This document shows, piece by piece, positions 1 through 10,283 of a stretch of 64,000 nucleotides of DNA. Position numbers and translations under genes: made by a program. Position 1 is the first letter of the stretch; every line of letters begins with the position of its first letter. The notes under the pieces were generated by a model. The model searched no databases, was not told the DNA's origin, and saw only the letters and a program-made list of their open reading frames with translations. This DNA comes from Candidatus Nanohaloarchaea archaeon. GTDB taxonomy: Archaea > Nanohalarchaeota > Nanosalinia > Nanosalinales > Nanosalinaceae. The stretch spans positions 44,945 through 108,944 of the forward strand of contig JBEQBC010000003.1 of NCBI GenBank assembly GCA_041640035.1. The letters run 5' to 3'.

Positions 1-478
1 TGTACAGCTTGGAGTTAGGTATAATCACTTTTCTACCGTCGTAGGTTCTGATGTCAGTGGCTCTGATCCGGATGTCCTGAACTGTTCCTTCCTCGCCTCC
101 AGCTTCGATCTGATCACCGATCTTGAAAGGCCGACTGATCAGGATCATCACTCCGGAGATGAAGTTCGCGATCATATCCTGCATCGCGAAGGACAGACCC
201 AGGCCAAGCAGTCCGACAAGGGTGGCCAGCGAACCAAGCGGGACATTATATACGCCGAGCAAGGCTATCAGGGTCAGTCCGTATACCAGGAAGGATGAGA
301 GCTTCGAGGCTGTCTTGTAGACATGTTCGTCTACCTCGGTTCCTACGCTTCTCTTTATCACTCTTTTAACCAGTTTATTTCCTATGTAACCTGCTAGTAT
401 TATCGCTAAGGTAAGTGCAATAGTTTTTGGAGCTATATATTCTGTGATTAGAGAGGTTATCTGCGTAATACTTGTCAT
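1..478 (-). CDS. mscS: Small-conductance mechanosensitive channel, MscS family (runs off the window edge)
   Basis: Not in ORF track. Manual translation from ATG at 478 gives TM helices then GLSFAMQDMIANFISGVMILISRPFKIGDQI...GTVQDIRIRATDIRTYDGRKVIIPNS, the MscS signature region. Confidence 0.92.
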   Translation of the reverse strand, partial: MTSITQITSLITEYIAPKTIALTLAIILAGYIGNKLVKRVIKRSVGTEVDEHVYKTASKLSSFLVYGLTLIALLGVYNVPLGSLATLVGLLGLGLSFAMQDMIANFISGVMILISRPFKIGDQIEAGGEEGTVQDIRIRATDIRTYDGRKVIIPNSKLY

Positions 479-585
479 AATTCGGGTTCGCCCGTACCTC
501 AATTCAACTCTTGGAGTGTTATAAACCTTCAACAGCCAAGAGGTCACTCGATTTAAAAATCAGGTCAACAAACTCTACTTATTCC

Positions 586-1437
586 ATGGATTCAGTCGAG
601 AAATATGTAGAATATGCCGGAGTATTCGCCTTATCACTACTCGCAGTATCAGCAGCCTACATGGTAGAACCCACACAGCCAGCTACTTTCAGCCTACTAC
701 TAACATTCCCACTTCTATACGCGTTCGTGGCCAGCATCTCGACAGAAGAATTCAACAAAGCATCACTCATATCACTACTTTCACTCGTCCTCGCACCAGT
801 AGACCTGTTCATGGCAGCATCAGCAGCATTCATATCATTCACATCAATCACAGTATCATTTTTCTCCGGAGGAAACAGATTCAGGGACTTCTACAGCTCC
901 ACAGCCCTACCACTACTACTCACAGGTCTCTTACTGAGCTCAGGAATATACGCAGTATCCACAATAAACCAGGAGTTCGGATCAACCGTAACAAATACTA
1001 CAGCATCCTTCCTAGGTGGCTCAACCCAGCAAGTGGTCGAGACCACAGGAATAATCAGCATGCAGCAGGAACAACAGGCAAGAATAGTCGAATCAACAAG
1101 CAGAAGCACAGTAACACTTACACAAACAAAAGTCTTGAACGAGACAAAGGGAGAGTTCTCACAGTCACAGCTCCAGACTCTGAACCAGGCATTCGTAAAC
1201 GCTCAGCAGGATATACCGCAGCAGCTTTCATCCAATATCGAGGATCAAGACCTGAACATCGATATAGAGAAACAGGTCGAACAAATAGTAAGTCAAACCT
1301 TCACAGGCAAACTTCTCATACTTCTGATCCCGTTAATCACTCTGGCAGCATTCTCGCTTCAGCCACTGATCGGGCTTGTAACAGCCTTTATGGCTGTGAT
1401 AATCACTCGTTTGATGGACGCCTGGAAAGAGGGTTAA
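586..1437 (+). CDS. Multi-pass membrane protein, unknown function
   Basis: Several hydrophobic segments with a polar Q/T-rich loop; probable start ATG 586 (MDSVEK) downstream of a TTTAAAA box. Confidence 0.7.
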   Translation: MDSVEKYVEYAGVFALSLLAVSAAYMVEPTQPATFSLLLTFPLLYAFVASISTEEFNKASLISLLSLVLAPVDLFMAASAAFISFTSITVSFFSGGNRFRDFYSSTALPLLLTGLLLSSGIYAVSTINQEFGSTVTNTTASFLGGSTQQVVETTGIISMQQEQQARIVESTSRSTVTLTQTKVLNETKGEFSQSQLQTLNQAFVNAQQDIPQQLSSNIEDQDLNIDIEKQVEQIVSQTFTGKLLILLIPLITLAAFSLQPLIGLVTAFMAVIITRLMDAWKEG

Positions 1438-1475
1438 CATAGCTTGTTAAATCTTGGCAACTAGGTGATAATCAA

Positions 1476-4166
1476 ATGCCAGAAATCGCGTTCCACAGTG
1501 AAGAACAGGCCTCTGATGAACTACCAGAAGACTTCCAACCATATGTAAAGGACTGGTTCAACTCCAAATTTGAGTCACTGAGCCCACCACAGAGACACTC
1601 TTTCCAACTCATACATAATGAGGAAAACTCTCTGATCTGTGCGCCAACAGGCTCAGGTAAAACACTGTCCGCATTTCTATCAGGACTAAACGAACTCTTC
1701 CGACTAGGAGAAGAAGACGAACTGGAAGACCAGATCTACATGGTCTATGTATCACCACTAAGAGCACTAAACAACGATATCAAAAGAAACCTGGAAGAAC
1801 CACTTACAGAGATCAAAGAGAAGGCGGAAGAACAGGGATACGATGTACCGGAGGTAAGAAGCGCGGTCCGAACCGGAGATACAACAGATAAAGAGAAATC
1901 AGAAATGCTTGAAAACCCGCCACACATACTAATAACAACTCCAGAAACACTGGGAATTCTTCTCAACTCGCCAAAGTTCCAGAACCACCTCAAAAATGTA
2001 GAGTACACAATCGTGGACGAAATCCATAGCCTATCCGAGAACAAACGCGGGGTACATCTATCATTATCACTTGAAAGATTGGAAGAGATGGCTAACACCT
2101 CGCCGACCCGTATAGGCCTTTCAGCTACACAGGCGCCAATCAAAGAGATAGCCAAATACCTCGTGGGCTTCCAGCCAGAAAACAGAGAAAGCTACATGAA
2201 GGAAACAGAGTACGATGAAATCTCGGCTGATGAAAAGATGCTGGAGGCAGATGAATTCGATACCAGAGGATGCCAGATTGTTGATGTAGCAGCGTCCAAA
2301 GAGATTGATCTAGAAACAGTCTCGCCGGTTAGAGATCTGATACATACTGACCCGGGTGAGATCAGAGAGGCCATGTATGACAAGATACATAACCTGGTTG
2401 AGGAACATGAATCCACGATTATATTCACTAATACTAGAAGCGCAACTGAAAGAGTGGTGAACAATCTGAAGGAGCGGTTCCCGGATTATTACGACGATAA
2501 TATTGGAGCGCATCACTCATCGATGAGCCGTGAAAAAAGACTTACAGTAGAAGAACGGCTCAAGAAAGGCGAACTAGAAGTAGGAGTCACATCAACCTCA
2601 CTGGAACTAGGAGTCGACATCGGAACAGTCGACCTAGTGCTTCAGATTGGTTCTCCTAAAGGAGTGGCCAGAGGTATCCAGAGAATCGGTCGCTCAGGAC
2701 ATAAAATTGGGGAAAAAGCTAAAGGAAAAATGATAGTAACCGACAGAGACGAAGCAGTCGAATGCTCAGTTCTGACAAAATGTGCAAAGGAAGACGAACT
2801 CGACAAGATACAAATACCAAGAAACGCATTAGATGTACTAGCACAGCATGTAGTCGGAATGGCATGTAACCATCGCTGGGACTTCAAAAGAGCTTTCAAC
2901 ACGGTAAAGCAGAGCTATTGCTATCTGAACCTTAGTGAAGAGGACTGGGATAATGTCCTGAAATACCTGTCCGGAGAATACGAGCTTGAGGATCAGAATG
3001 TCTACAGCAAGATATGGATCAACAGAGAGAAAGAACTCTTCGGCCGCTCAGGAAAGATGACCCGTGTAATCTACATGACCAACATAGGGACAATACCTGA
3101 TGAATCCGGATACGAGGTGAAGACCCGTGGAGAAGGTGAGTATGTCGGAACACTGGACGAGGAGTTCCTGGACCGGCTGACCAAAGGCGATATCTTCACT
3201 TTGGGCGGCTCCACATACCAGTTCTCATATGCCAAAGGAATGAAAGTGTTTGTTGATCCGAAGCCTCAGAAGAAGCCGACAGTACCTTCCTGGTACTCGG
3301 AAAGACTACCTCTAAGCTACGACCTAGGTATGAGGATGAGTGATTTCCGGGAAAGCATAGCTGAACAACTTGAGTACGGTGCTGGAGACGACGATATCAT
3401 CCAGTGGATAATGCATAACTACTACCTGGATGAGAACACGGCTAACTCCATCTTCCAGTATGTGAAAGAGCAGTACAGATTCACGGACAAGGTTTCAAAC
3501 AACGAGGATATAGTGGTCGAGAAGTATATCGATGATGATAACCGTCAGAACCTGATCTTCCAGACAACCTACGGCAGAAGAACGCATGACGCTCTTGCCC
3601 GTATAATGGCCAATATCCTCCAGGATAAGCTGAATACTAATATCGGTATGGTTATCGATGACAACGGCTTCATACTATTGACTCCACGCAGACCTATCGA
3701 CCTGGAATGGCTTATCGACAGTCTTGAGAACTGTAATCCTGAGGAAGAGCTGAGGGATGCTGTTTCGAAGACTGAGTTGATGAAGAGGCGTTTCAGGCAT
3801 GTAGCCGGTAGAAGCCTGATGATCCTACGGAACTATCAGGGGGAGTCCAAGACTGTGGGCCAGCAGCAGATGAAAGGTCATTTCCTGCTTTCAACCGTCC
3901 GCAACCGGTATGATGAAGATTTCCCGATGATAAAGGAGACTTACCGGGAGATCATGGAGGACGCGATGGATATCAAACATACACTGGAAGTGATTGAAGG
4001 ATTAAGAGATGATGATATAACATATGAGATGCGGGATACTGATATACCGTCTCCTTTCAGCCACAACCTGCTTCTGCAGAACAGCACCGATGTGGTGAAG
4101 ATGGAGGACCGGAAACAACGGTTGGAGGAACTGCATGAGAAAGTGATGGAGAGGATAGAAGATTAA
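1476..4166 (+). CDS. lhr: Lhr-family ATP-dependent helicase
   Basis: APTGSGKT, DEIH, SAT, HHSSMS, SLELGVDIG, QRIGRSGH, LDVLAQH, GTIPD motifs; AGGTGA SD upstream. Confidence 0.93.
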   Translation: MPEIAFHSEEQASDELPEDFQPYVKDWFNSKFESLSPPQRHSFQLIHNEENSLICAPTGSGKTLSAFLSGLNELFRLGEEDELEDQIYMVYVSPLRALNNDIKRNLEEPLTEIKEKAEEQGYDVPEVRSAVRTGDTTDKEKSEMLENPPHILITTPETLGILLNSPKFQNHLKNVEYTIVDEIHSLSENKRGVHLSLSLERLEEMANTSPTRIGLSATQAPIKEIAKYLVGFQPENRESYMKETEYDEISADEKMLEADEFDTRGCQIVDVAASKEIDLETVSPVRDLIHTDPGEIREAMYDKIHNLVEEHESTIIFTNTRSATERVVNNLKERFPDYYDDNIGAHHSSMSREKRLTVEERLKKGELEVGVTSTSLELGVDIGTVDLVLQIGSPKGVARGIQRIGRSGHKIGEKAKGKMIVTDRDEAVECSVLTKCAKEDELDKIQIPRNALDVLAQHVVGMACNHRWDFKRAFNTVKQSYCYLNLSEEDWDNVLKYLSGEYELEDQNVYSKIWINREKELFGRSGKMTRVIYMTNIGTIPDESGYEVKTRGEGEYVGTLDEEFLDRLTKGDIFTLGGSTYQFSYAKGMKVFVDPKPQKKPTVPSWYSERLPLSYDLGMRMSDFRESIAEQLEYGAGDDDIIQWIMHNYYLDENTANSIFQYVKEQYRFTDKVSNNEDIVVEKYIDDDNRQNLIFQTTYGRRTHDALARIMANILQDKLNTNIGMVIDDNGFILLTPRRPIDLEWLIDSLENCNPEEELRDAVSKTELMKRRFRHVAGRSLMILRNYQGESKTVGQQQMKGHFLLSTVRNRYDEDFPMIKETYREIMEDAMDIKHTLEVIEGLRDDDITYEMRDTDIPSPFSHNLLLQNSTDVVKMEDRKQRLEELHEKVMERIED

Positions 4167-4203
4167 AGAAACTCCCTGACTCAAGTATTGTTAGAGGCAA
4201 CTG

Positions 4204-5796
4204 ATGATACAGCAACTGCAACAGTACTTTCTCAATCCACAGAACCTTATCGCAGCTGCCTCAATCCTTGTACTACTGAGTCTCTACTTACTGAAACCGA
4301 AACCGGAGAAAAAGATGATGCCCTCCGTAATGTTCTTCAGAGAGGAAGAAAACCCGGGCAAACTCAAACAGGGAATAAGAAAACTACTTAACAACAAGTT
4401 CCTGTTCCTACACCTACTGGTATTCTCTCTACTTGCTGTAGCGCTGGCCGACCCATTCGTTAACTCAAGCATGGAGTCGGAAGAAGCCACAATTCTACTG
4501 GACGCAACAGCAAACACGGCAGATAACTTCGAGGACTACAGAGAATACGCAGAGAGCAACCTAGCTCCTACCACAAACCTGGTGGTTGTAGGCGACCAGA
4601 TTGAAACATACACGGATCTGGAGAGATCAACTGCCTCACAGATAATTCAGGAAACAAGTTCAACTGAAATAAAAAGAGACATACAGCCTGTGATATCAGC
4701 AGCAACCAGCTTGGACGGAAACCTGTACATGGCAACCAACATGGCCTCTATAGAGAGCAGCGAAGCAGAAAGAACGATCACTTCAGCATCAAGCCAGAAA
4801 TACCTTGATCTCAAAGAAACAGAGTTCTCAAACAGTCACGGAATCACCGATTACGAAATAAATAATCAGACAGCGACGATCTATGTAAAGAACTACCTTG
4901 AAGAACAGTCAGAAATAACTATACAGACAAATTCAGATAATAGAAAAATCGAACTGGAAGCTTCGGGTCTTGAACCGGTTCAGGTCCAGCTTCAGAGAGG
5001 AAGAAACAATATTACACTTGGTGAAGATGAATACGAAGTCGATAACTCGTTGTACCTCTACAGACCGCAGTCAGACTCCATCCGGGTTAGAATCTCGGAT
5101 AATTTACCGTACTTCAGGGAGGCGGTGAAATCCATTCCGGAAGCGAGGATAAGCGGCTCCGAACCCGATATTGAAGCAGTTTCTGGTTCGGATATTACTG
5201 ATATATCCAGAGAGGAGATAGAGAATGGTCTTGATGTAATTTACTTTTCAGAAACAGGAGTGAACTATCCAGATTATCTTCCGGTAACCTCTCTCTCAGA
5301 GGAAAACGGTGATATCGATATAAACAGGTTTGCTGAGACTACAGTTTACCAGGAGAAATACCTTTCTGGAAACATTGCTCAGGATTCTGGAAACTATACA
5401 GAACCTGCTTCAGCCATAGTAGGCAGAGAGATAGGGCAGGGGACAGTTGTGCAGTATAACCTTCAGGGAACCGGTTTTGAGGAACAACTTGTATACCCTT
5501 TATTCTGGAGAGATGTTTTCAACCAGGTGCAGAATATTAGAACGATCTCAAGTTCAAATCCGGATACAGGATCAGCCCAACTTCAGGAGACAAAGACAGT
5601 TCAGGGATACGAGAGTATCGATGGAGATGTTTACGGTTTTTCAACTGCTGGTGTTTTCGAACCAAAAAGTATAGATATTAAGGAGGGAGATAAAATCGGT
5701 CAGAAGAAACAGTCGGTTTCACAGATGGTAGCATCGCTCATATTTGTGCTTCTAATCCTGGAAACCGTACTGCTTTACAGAGAGAGGTTGATCTGA
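4204..5796 (+). CDS. BatA-like N-terminal double-TM protein with degenerate vWA region
   Basis: LYLLKPKP...PSVMFF...LLAVALADPF N-terminus; C-terminal TM helix LLILET. Confidence 0.7.
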   Translation: MIQQLQQYFLNPQNLIAAASILVLLSLYLLKPKPEKKMMPSVMFFREEENPGKLKQGIRKLLNNKFLFLHLLVFSLLAVALADPFVNSSMESEEATILLDATANTADNFEDYREYAESNLAPTTNLVVVGDQIETYTDLERSTASQIIQETSSTEIKRDIQPVISAATSLDGNLYMATNMASIESSEAERTITSASSQKYLDLKETEFSNSHGITDYEINNQTATIYVKNYLEEQSEITIQTNSDNRKIELEASGLEPVQVQLQRGRNNITLGEDEYEVDNSLYLYRPQSDSIRVRISDNLPYFREAVKSIPEARISGSEPDIEAVSGSDITDISREEIENGLDVIYFSETGVNYPDYLPVTSLSEENGDIDINRFAETTVYQEKYLSGNIAQDSGNYTEPASAIVGREIGQGTVVQYNLQGTGFEEQLVYPLFWRDVFNQVQNIRTISSSNPDTGSAQLQETKTVQGYESIDGDVYGFSTAGVFEPKSIDIKEGDKIGQKKQSVSQMVASLIFVLLILETVLLYRERLI

Positions 5797-7958
5797 TGAT
5801 TGACGCACTGAGCTTCCAGAGACCGCTTGCATTACTGGTCCTAATTCCGCTCGTATCCATGATGGTGTACAGGTTCAGAGAGGAAGCTGGAAGCAACTTC
5901 CTGCAGATAACCCGTCTGATGGTGATGGCAGTAGCTGTAATGGCGATAGCAAATCCCTCAGTTATAATTCCTGAGGTCTCAGGTCAAAAAACAGTTACAT
6001 TACTACAAGATCAGTCGGACTCCTCCCAGATAATTCAGAGACAGCCATTAGATGTACCTGGAGTCGAAATCAGAGAAAGAGAGTTCTCAGGTAGTACGCC
6101 TCAACAAACCACTAAAGCACTGATTTCTACCATGGAAGAGGATACAAATTATCTGATATCATCGGATTTCCAGCTTGCTAAACAGAAGCTGAGCGATGAG
6201 CTAGAGGAGAAAAATGTAACTCTCTACGCACTTAAACAGGATACGAAAAAAGAGTATGCGGTCAGCATTGAAGGACCAGATGAAACATACTTGGAAGCTG
6301 AGAACAGATATCAGGTAGAAATTGATACTTCTACAGCGGATAAGCCTTTACCAGATGTAACAGTGGAAGGGAATCGAGTATCTCTAACGGAAAATGAGGA
6401 AGGATACAGCTTCAACTACACATTTGACTCAGAAGGTACCAAGAAGATTAAAGCAGAAATAAGCAATGATGATCAGTACAACAAGAACAACAGGTTTTAC
6501 CATGTAGTTGATGTGAGGGATAAGCCGGACATCCTCTATGTAGGGGAAAGAGTTCAGGGATCTCACAATAGCTTACTGGATCAAAGCTTTTCTCAAGAGG
6601 CGCCAGATTCTCTGGAGAACTATGACACGGTAGTCACCAACTCTGAAGTTCCATCCCGGCTAAAATCGGAGATAATCTCAGGGCAGTCAGTTCTTCACAC
6701 TGGACCGCTGAAAGAAAGAGAATACCTCCCACTCAAACCGGCTGAACAAGGACAGAGCGATGAATCTACCTTTGATATGGCCAGAGTAGTGATAGTGATA
6801 GATATCTCGGTAAGCAACACAGAGGATATAAGAAATAACAAAGCAATCGCCCTCAACGCAGTTGACGGCCTATCAGCAAGTTCACAGGTGGCTGTAGTAG
6901 CTTATAACGATAATCCTTATCTTCTGTCTGAACTGAGATCTCTTCAGAACAATAGAGAAGAACTGAAGAACACTATCAAATCTATAGAGACAAAAGGACC
7001 GACCGATCATGCTGTAGGACTGAAAGCAGGAGATGACGCCTTAAACGGTCAAGGAAACATGATAATGATTACTGATGGAGGTCTGAAAACCGACGCTCCC
7101 GGAGTTGAGAATGTGAAAGAAAGAACGCTGAGAAAAGCAGCTAACTCGTCTCTCAGGATTAATGTTGTGGATTCCAAGCCTTCCGTCAACCCTGAGTTCC
7201 TCCAAGAGGTAGCACAGCTGACAGACGGTATCTACTCCTCTACCGGTACTGAAGGACCTCTCTCATTCGTATTTGATTCTCAGGAAGCATCCGGTAGAAA
7301 CATGATTACAACAGTTGATAGAACTCATCCTGTAACCCGGCAGTATAGTTCAACTGTTTTCAGAGATATTCCGGGGGCTGAGGAAAAGGAGGGTGCTCAA
7401 ACACTTATGAGATCTGAGCAGGGAACGCCTTACCTGTCCGTCTGGCGATACGGCATCGGAAAAGTCGCAGCGATTAACGACCAGCAAATATCTCTGTCCT
7501 CTCTCACCTCACAGGACCCACAGATTGTTTTGAACACTCTCCAGTGGCTTTCTTCAGGAGGGGAAGACAATAAGACTGTTTTCGAGGGCACAAGGATGCC
7601 TGAGTCTACATATGTCAGTAGCAGCGGTTCCTTTGAAGGAGCTAATAGGCTTTCCCGCAACCGTTATGTGAAAACATTTGATTTCAACCAGACAGGATTC
7701 AAGAATGTAGCTGGGTCGGTAACACCATACAACTATCCTCTTGAAAAACAGAAGATAGGTTACAGTGACGACATGAACGAAGTAGTCTCAGATACAGGTG
7801 GCGAGGTACTGGAAGAGGTAAGAAATGGACAAATTGATCAGATAGCAAACCAGGGTACATCTAAAGACGCGTTATCACTGGAGAATCATCTGCTTGCGAT
7901 ACTTCTCGTCCTCCTCTTGATAGAGATTGGATTTAGGAAGAGAAAACGGATGATGTAA
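5796..7958 (+). CDS. vWA-domain membrane protein
   Basis: Double-TM N-terminus, MIDAS DISVS and ITDGG, VWRYGIGKVAA segment, C-terminal TM with basic tail; start overlaps upstream stop. Confidence 0.8.
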   Translation: MIDALSFQRPLALLVLIPLVSMMVYRFREEAGSNFLQITRLMVMAVAVMAIANPSVIIPEVSGQKTVTLLQDQSDSSQIIQRQPLDVPGVEIREREFSGSTPQQTTKALISTMEEDTNYLISSDFQLAKQKLSDELEEKNVTLYALKQDTKKEYAVSIEGPDETYLEAENRYQVEIDTSTADKPLPDVTVEGNRVSLTENEEGYSFNYTFDSEGTKKIKAEISNDDQYNKNNRFYHVVDVRDKPDILYVGERVQGSHNSLLDQSFSQEAPDSLENYDTVVTNSEVPSRLKSEIISGQSVLHTGPLKEREYLPLKPAEQGQSDESTFDMARVVIVIDISVSNTEDIRNNKAIALNAVDGLSASSQVAVVAYNDNPYLLSELRSLQNNREELKNTIKSIETKGPTDHAVGLKAGDDALNGQGNMIMITDGGLKTDAPGVENVKERTLRKAANSSLRINVVDSKPSVNPEFLQEVAQLTDGIYSSTGTEGPLSFVFDSQEASGRNMITTVDRTHPVTRQYSSTVFRDIPGAEEKEGAQTLMRSEQGTPYLSVWRYGIGKVAAINDQQISLSSLTSQDPQIVLNTLQWLSSGGEDNKTVFEGTRMPESTYVSSSGSFEGANRLSRNRYVKTFDFNQTGFKNVAGSVTPYNYPLEKQKIGYSDDMNEVVSDTGGEVLEEVRNGQIDQIANQGTSKDALSLENHLLAILLVLLLIEIGFRKRKRMM

Positions 7959-8015
7959 ACAGATTTTGACATATGTACTACTAGTTTTATACGACGCCCT
8001 GACTAACTCAGATAT

Positions 8016-8633
8016 ATGTCCAAAGTTCAGGAAAGCTTCTACGAACTAGCTCCCTATCTACTAGATATCACGGTAGATAGTGACGGGAAAAGGATGTATG
8101 AAGGGAGAAGATTCGTTTATTTCCGTACAGGGCTCTTTTCTGAACTTTTCAAAAGTATGAAGGATGTAATAGGACCTGTCGCTAACAGAAAGATAAAGGA
8201 GTTTGGAGTAAACGCCGGTGAAGATATCGCAACAGGTATGGATGAGGCTTTCAAGGACACAGGTCCAATTGAAATAGCGCAGTTGATGCTAGCAACCGGT
8301 TTTGACTACAAAAACATCTTGAACATCAAGCCTACAGATGATCTCTCACAGCTCCACAAGATCTTTGGATATGGCCGTTATGTCGGCTGGATTGGACCTG
8401 TAGAGATACTAGAGTACGAGGAAGAACAAAAGATTGTTGTCGAAGTTAAGAATACTTTCGAATCCTACAGCTACGATATAACAGAAGAAAAACAGTGCAA
8501 ATTCATAACAGGAGTGTTTGAAGGTCTCGTCAAATATTACTGGGAAGCAGAAAACCTTGAATCAGGGGAAATACAGTGTAAATGCGAATCAGAGGACAAC
8601 CAGACCTGTCAGATGAAGGTGACGGCGGAATGA
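8016..8633 (+). CDS. V4R-domain protein
   Basis: GVNAG, GWIG, ESY, QCKFITGVFEG, EIQC...TCQMKV pattern. Confidence 0.75.
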   Translation: MSKVQESFYELAPYLLDITVDSDGKRMYEGRRFVYFRTGLFSELFKSMKDVIGPVANRKIKEFGVNAGEDIATGMDEAFKDTGPIEIAQLMLATGFDYKNILNIKPTDDLSQLHKIFGYGRYVGWIGPVEILEYEEEQKIVVEVKNTFESYSYDITEEKQCKFITGVFEGLVKYYWEAENLESGEIQCKCESEDNQTCQMKVTAE

Positions 8634-9166
8634 AGTTTGACACAGATGAGATAAACAACAGAATATCAGAAAGATTCAACATGCTGAATAAGAACCACGA
8701 TGTGGCAGCCGATGAAAACGGCGATGCTATGATAGGTGCCCACAGGTTCAATATAATGGGAGCTGACTACTTCATGGCAGATATGCTTCATGACCTGAAA
8801 GAAATCTATGGAGATGGAGCTGGAGCCATTATGAAGAGTACAGGACAGAGCTACGGCAAAAACATTCACGGCGTACTTGATGGCGCAGATGATGCATCAG
8901 AAGCACTAGGGTACGATCTTGGGCTTCTAAAATACCTTGGTTACTCGAACATCTCTATAGAAGACGATAAAATAATTGTTGCATCCTCGCCAACAGCTGA
9001 ATCATACAAAAGAAAGTATGATGAAGAGGTCAAGACTTGTTTCTTTCTCTCAGGTGTTTTTCAGTCTCTGATACAGGCGCATAACGAAGATGCATCAGTT
9101 CAAGAAGTGAAATGTCTTGCTGATGGAGCTGAAAAGTGCATATTCAGGGTAGAAACCGGTCAGTAA
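8630..9166 (+). CDS. V4R-domain protein (second)
   Basis: ATGA-coupled start at 8630 with GGTG SD; GQSYG, LGY, TCFFLSGVF, EVKCLADGAEKCIFRV. Confidence 0.8.
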   Translation: MKFDTDEINNRISERFNMLNKNHDVAADENGDAMIGAHRFNIMGADYFMADMLHDLKEIYGDGAGAIMKSTGQSYGKNIHGVLDGADDASEALGYDLGLLKYLGYSNISIEDDKIIVASSPTAESYKRKYDEEVKTCFFLSGVFQSLIQAHNEDASVQEVKCLADGAEKCIFRVETGQ

Positions 9167-9239
9167 TACCGTGGTTAAGCTATAAAAGCCGGTAAAGCCC
9201 AATACGAACTATAACCCAAAAAGGTGTAACAAATACTCA

Positions 9240-9914
9240 ATGAGTTTCTTTGACAATATAAGAGGATCAGTGGAAAAAATAAAGCCAGGCTCCGACTCCA
9301 GCAGCGGTAGTAGTGGGGGAAGCGGTTCTGGAGGCTTCGAAGGTTCAGACTTCGATTCATCATTCGACGGCGGAGACTCAGGTGGCGACGCAGGAAACTC
9401 GTTTGATTCTGACCTAGGAGGAAACTCAGGAGGTCAAGGACCTGATCCTATGGGAGGACAGGGACAGCAGCCTTCAGGTAACGGGCCAGGTCAGCAAGCC
9501 CCACAGGGCGGTCAAAACGACGCCATGGGTGGACAAAGTCCACAGCAGGGTCCTTCACAGCCTGGAAATAACAATAATATGGGCGGTAGAGGAGGACAGC
9601 AACAAGGTAATCAGAATACGCCTTCTGGAATGAAATCAGGTAACCAAGGTCAGGGATTAAATGCTGGCAATGATCAGCAGAACTCTCTGGGCCAGAACAA
9701 CCAGTCCGGAAGTTCGATTGATGCACCTAATCCTCAGGCAGGCAGACCTCAGCAGGGAGGAGATTCACCGCAGGTCAGTCAGCAGACCGAGCAGAAGATG
9801 CAGAATGCGTTAGGCGGCGGTTCAGGCGGTGATTCCGGTGATATGGAGGAGTTGAAGCAGCAGAATCAGCAGATTATCCAGTTGCTTCAGCAGATTTCCA
9901 ACCAGCTTCAATAA
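9240..9914 (+). CDS. G/S/Q/N-rich low-complexity protein with C-terminal coiled coil
   Basis: TATA box and GGTG SD upstream, T-tract downstream; composition; terminal heptads MEELKQQNQQIIQLLQQISNQLQ. Confidence 0.75.
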   Translation: MSFFDNIRGSVEKIKPGSDSSSGSSGGSGSGGFEGSDFDSSFDGGDSGGDAGNSFDSDLGGNSGGQGPDPMGGQGQQPSGNGPGQQAPQGGQNDAMGGQSPQQGPSQPGNNNNMGGRGGQQQGNQNTPSGMKSGNQGQGLNAGNDQQNSLGQNNQSGSSIDAPNPQAGRPQQGGDSPQVSQQTEQKMQNALGGGSGGDSGDMEELKQQNQQIIQLLQQISNQLQ

Positions 9915-9931
9915 ACTTCTTTTTTCCCTCA

Positions 9932-10255
9932 TTAATTCATTATTGTTGATACACTCCAGATGCCTTTTATGACAAGTATGTAGGCCAGGTATATCTTGAA
10001 GTCGGCCAGTATCGGCGGTGTTCCTATGTAAAGTATTCCTGCTGACATTATGTCTGCTCCGCCACCTAGATAGTAGACAGGGGCTGGCAGAGGAAACGGT
10101 TTCACCATGGTTCCGATTCCCTTGAATATAAGGAATGCAGCATGAACTTCTGATATTACATCGGGTACTGCCGAGGCCGTGAATAATAGAAGTATTCCGG
10201 ATATAAGGTCTGCGAGGCCTAGTGGGTCTAGAGGATTTACTGGTCCGGGAATCAT
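9932..10255 (-). CDS. Small membrane protein
   Basis: Hydrophobic 107 aa with internal two-fold repeat (ADLISGIL...FKGI / ADIMSAGIL...IKGI). Confidence 0.65.
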   Translation of the reverse strand: MIPGPVNPLDPLGLADLISGILLLFTASAVPDVISEVHAAFLIFKGIGTMVKPFPLPAPVYYLGGGADIMSAGILYIGTPPILADFKIYLAYILVIKGIWSVSTIMN

Positions 10256-10283
10256 TCCAAGATTTGATTTGAACCTGAGTTAT

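Noticed and set aside
1476-4166. Intein in Lhr or other large enzymes
   Set aside because: Lengths and motif spacing are normal and no C...HN splice junctions were seen.
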